Shown piece by piece: positions 51,975 through 53,265 of a DNA stretch of 53,265 nucleotides. Within the stretch, counting starts at the first letter, position 1; each line of letters opens with the position of its first letter. Source of the DNA: Bradyrhizobium sp. (GTDB taxonomy: Bacteria; Pseudomonadota; Alphaproteobacteria; Rhizobiales; Xanthobacteraceae). The stretch lies in the NCBI GenBank assembly GCA_036383375.1, contig DASVOL010000494.1, positions 1 to 53,265 on the forward strand. Reading direction: 5' to 3'. Made by a program: the position numbers and the translations under genes. The notes beneath the pieces were generated by a model. It saw only the letters and a list, made by a program, of their open reading frames with translations, did no database searches and had not been told where the DNA came from.

Positions 51975-53265
51975 ATGTTCCGTTGGGGCAAGACCCTGTT
52001 TGCGATTGCGTTGATGGCGGTAACGCCCGTTGCCGCATTGGCGCAGACTGCCGACAAGCCGCCGGCTCAGGCCAGCCAGCCGGCCGCGGCAGCAACGCAG
52101 CCGGCCGATCAACTCCTGAAGCCCGAGCAACTGGAAGCCCTGGTGGCGCCGATCGCGCTTTATCCGGACTCGCTGCTGGCCAATGTGCTGGCGGCCTCGA
52201 CCTATCCGCTCGAAGTCGTGCAGGCCGATCGCTGGCTGAAGGAGCGCAAGAGCCTGAAAGGCGACGCGCTGAAAGCCGAGGTCGACAAGCAGGCCTGGGA
52301 TGACAGTGTGAAGGCACTCTCGAGCACCGCTGACGTACTGGCGATGATGAGCGACAAGATCGATTGGACGAAGAATCTGGGTGACGCCGTGCTGGCCCAA
52401 CAGGCCGACGTCATGGATGCGATCCAGCGGCTGCGCGGCAAGGCGCAGGCGAACAACAAGCTGGTGACGACCAAGCAGCAGAAGGTCAGCGTCCAGACCC
52501 AGGAGAACAAGCAGGTCATTGTCATCGAGCAGACCGATCCGGACACGATCTACGTACCCTACTACGATCCGGCCACCGTCTACGGCACCTGGCCATACGC
52601 TTCGTACCCGCCGTATTATTTCGGCTATCCGTCCTATATCGGTGCGGGCGTGATCGCGGCGGGCCTTGCCTTCGGCGCCGGATGGGCGATCGGACGGTGG
52701 GGCAACTATTGGGGCGGCGGCTGCAACTGGGGCAATCGCAACGTCTATGTGAACCATTTCAACAGAACCAATAATATTGCGAACGGCTGGCAGCACAATT
52801 CGGCGCATCGCCAGGGCGTTCGCTACAACAACAGCAGCGTCCAGCAGCGCTTCGGCGGCAACAACAATCGGGCCGGCGTCAGCGACCGGATGAACTATCG
52901 CGGCCGCGATGGTCAGCAGGTTCTCAACCCGGGCGGCGATCGCGCGGGTGGCGCAGACCGGGCAGGAGACCGCGGCGGCGATCGCGCCGGAGATCGTGCG
53001 GGTGATCGCGCTGGTGATCGTGGAGGTGACCGCGCCGGAGATCGCGCCAAAGGTGGTGACCGTGCCGGTGCGGGCGATCGTGCCAAAGGCGGCGATCGCG
53101 CCGGTGCCGGCAACAAGGCCAAGGGCGGCGGAGATCGCGCAAAGGCTGCCAACCGTGGCAGTTCCGGCAACCGCGCCGCTACGGCTAATCGCGGTGGCGG
53201 CAGTCGCGGCGGCGCCATGAACGTGTCGTCGGGACGGGCAGCCGCGGCGGCATCGGCGCGCGGGC
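51975..53265 (+). CDS. DUF3300-domain secreted protein (partial, runs off window)
   Basis: GGAGG RBS; MFRWGK.. signal; EQLEALVAPIALYPDSLLANVLAASTYPLEVVQA, WTKNLGDA, IYVPYYDP; absent from ORF track because no stop in window. Confidence 0.9.
   Translation, partial: MFRWGKTLFAIALMAVTPVAALAQTADKPPAQASQPAAAATQPADQLLKPEQLEALVAPIALYPDSLLANVLAASTYPLEVVQADRWLKERKSLKGDALKAEVDKQAWDDSVKALSSTADVLAMMSDKIDWTKNLGDAVLAQQADVMDAIQRLRGKAQANNKLVTTKQQKVSVQTQENKQVIVIEQTDPDTIYVPYYDPATVYGTWPYASYPPYYFGYPSYIGAGVIAAGLAFGAGWAIGRWGNYWGGGCNWGNRNVYVNHFNRTNNIANGWQHNSAHRQGVRYNNSSVQQRFGGNNNRAGVSDRMNYRGRDGQQVLNPGGDRAGGADRAGDRGGDRAGDRAGDRAGDRGGDRAGDRAKGGDRAGAGDRAKGGDRAGAGNKAKGGGDRAKAANRGSSGNRAATANRGGGSRGGAMNVSSGRAAAAASARG
52930..53145 (+). 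repeat. Coding low-complexity repeat (GDRA/GDRG units)
   Basis: Many degenerate GGCGATCGCGCC-like units in the DUF3300 tail. Confidence 0.8.

Noticed and set aside
51960-52808. 282-aa minus-strand ORF and 52909-53220 ORFs
   Set aside because: Shadows of the plus-strand DUF3300 gene and its repeat tail.

Overview
GC-rich alphaproteobacterial chromosome segment; gene content and intergenic motifs suggest Bradyrhizobium or a close relative (inference). No rRNA, tRNA, CRISPR array, transposase or phage gene was recognised. Left half (1-27 kb): sugar-type ABC operon, MFS/flavin monooxygenase/VOC operon, PilZ protein, class III cyclase, UvrD-family helicase, small stress-type genes (one with a perfect LexA box), a 2094-aa poly-HAMP hybrid kinase with a REC-PAS-HWE kinase, a sorbosone-type dehydrogenase, an APH(6) homologue and an HxlR/dehalogenase-like pair. 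Right half (27.5-53 kb): what looks like one co-regulated island. It has eight intergenic FixK/FNR boxes (TTGA[T/C]-N4-[A/G]TCAA) in front of two AspT antiporters and AspD, a 916-aa Orn/Lys/Arg-type decarboxylase, SulP, AI-2E + K+ channel, ppk2, a YiaW/YiaV-like pair and a DUF3300 protein. It also encodes its own FixK2-like regulator and a FixJ/NodW-like two-component set whose sensor seems to have lost its periplasmic domain. A candidate ~70-nt sigma-EcfG-dependent sRNA lies at ~9175-9245. All calls are by eye from motifs; no database search was run.
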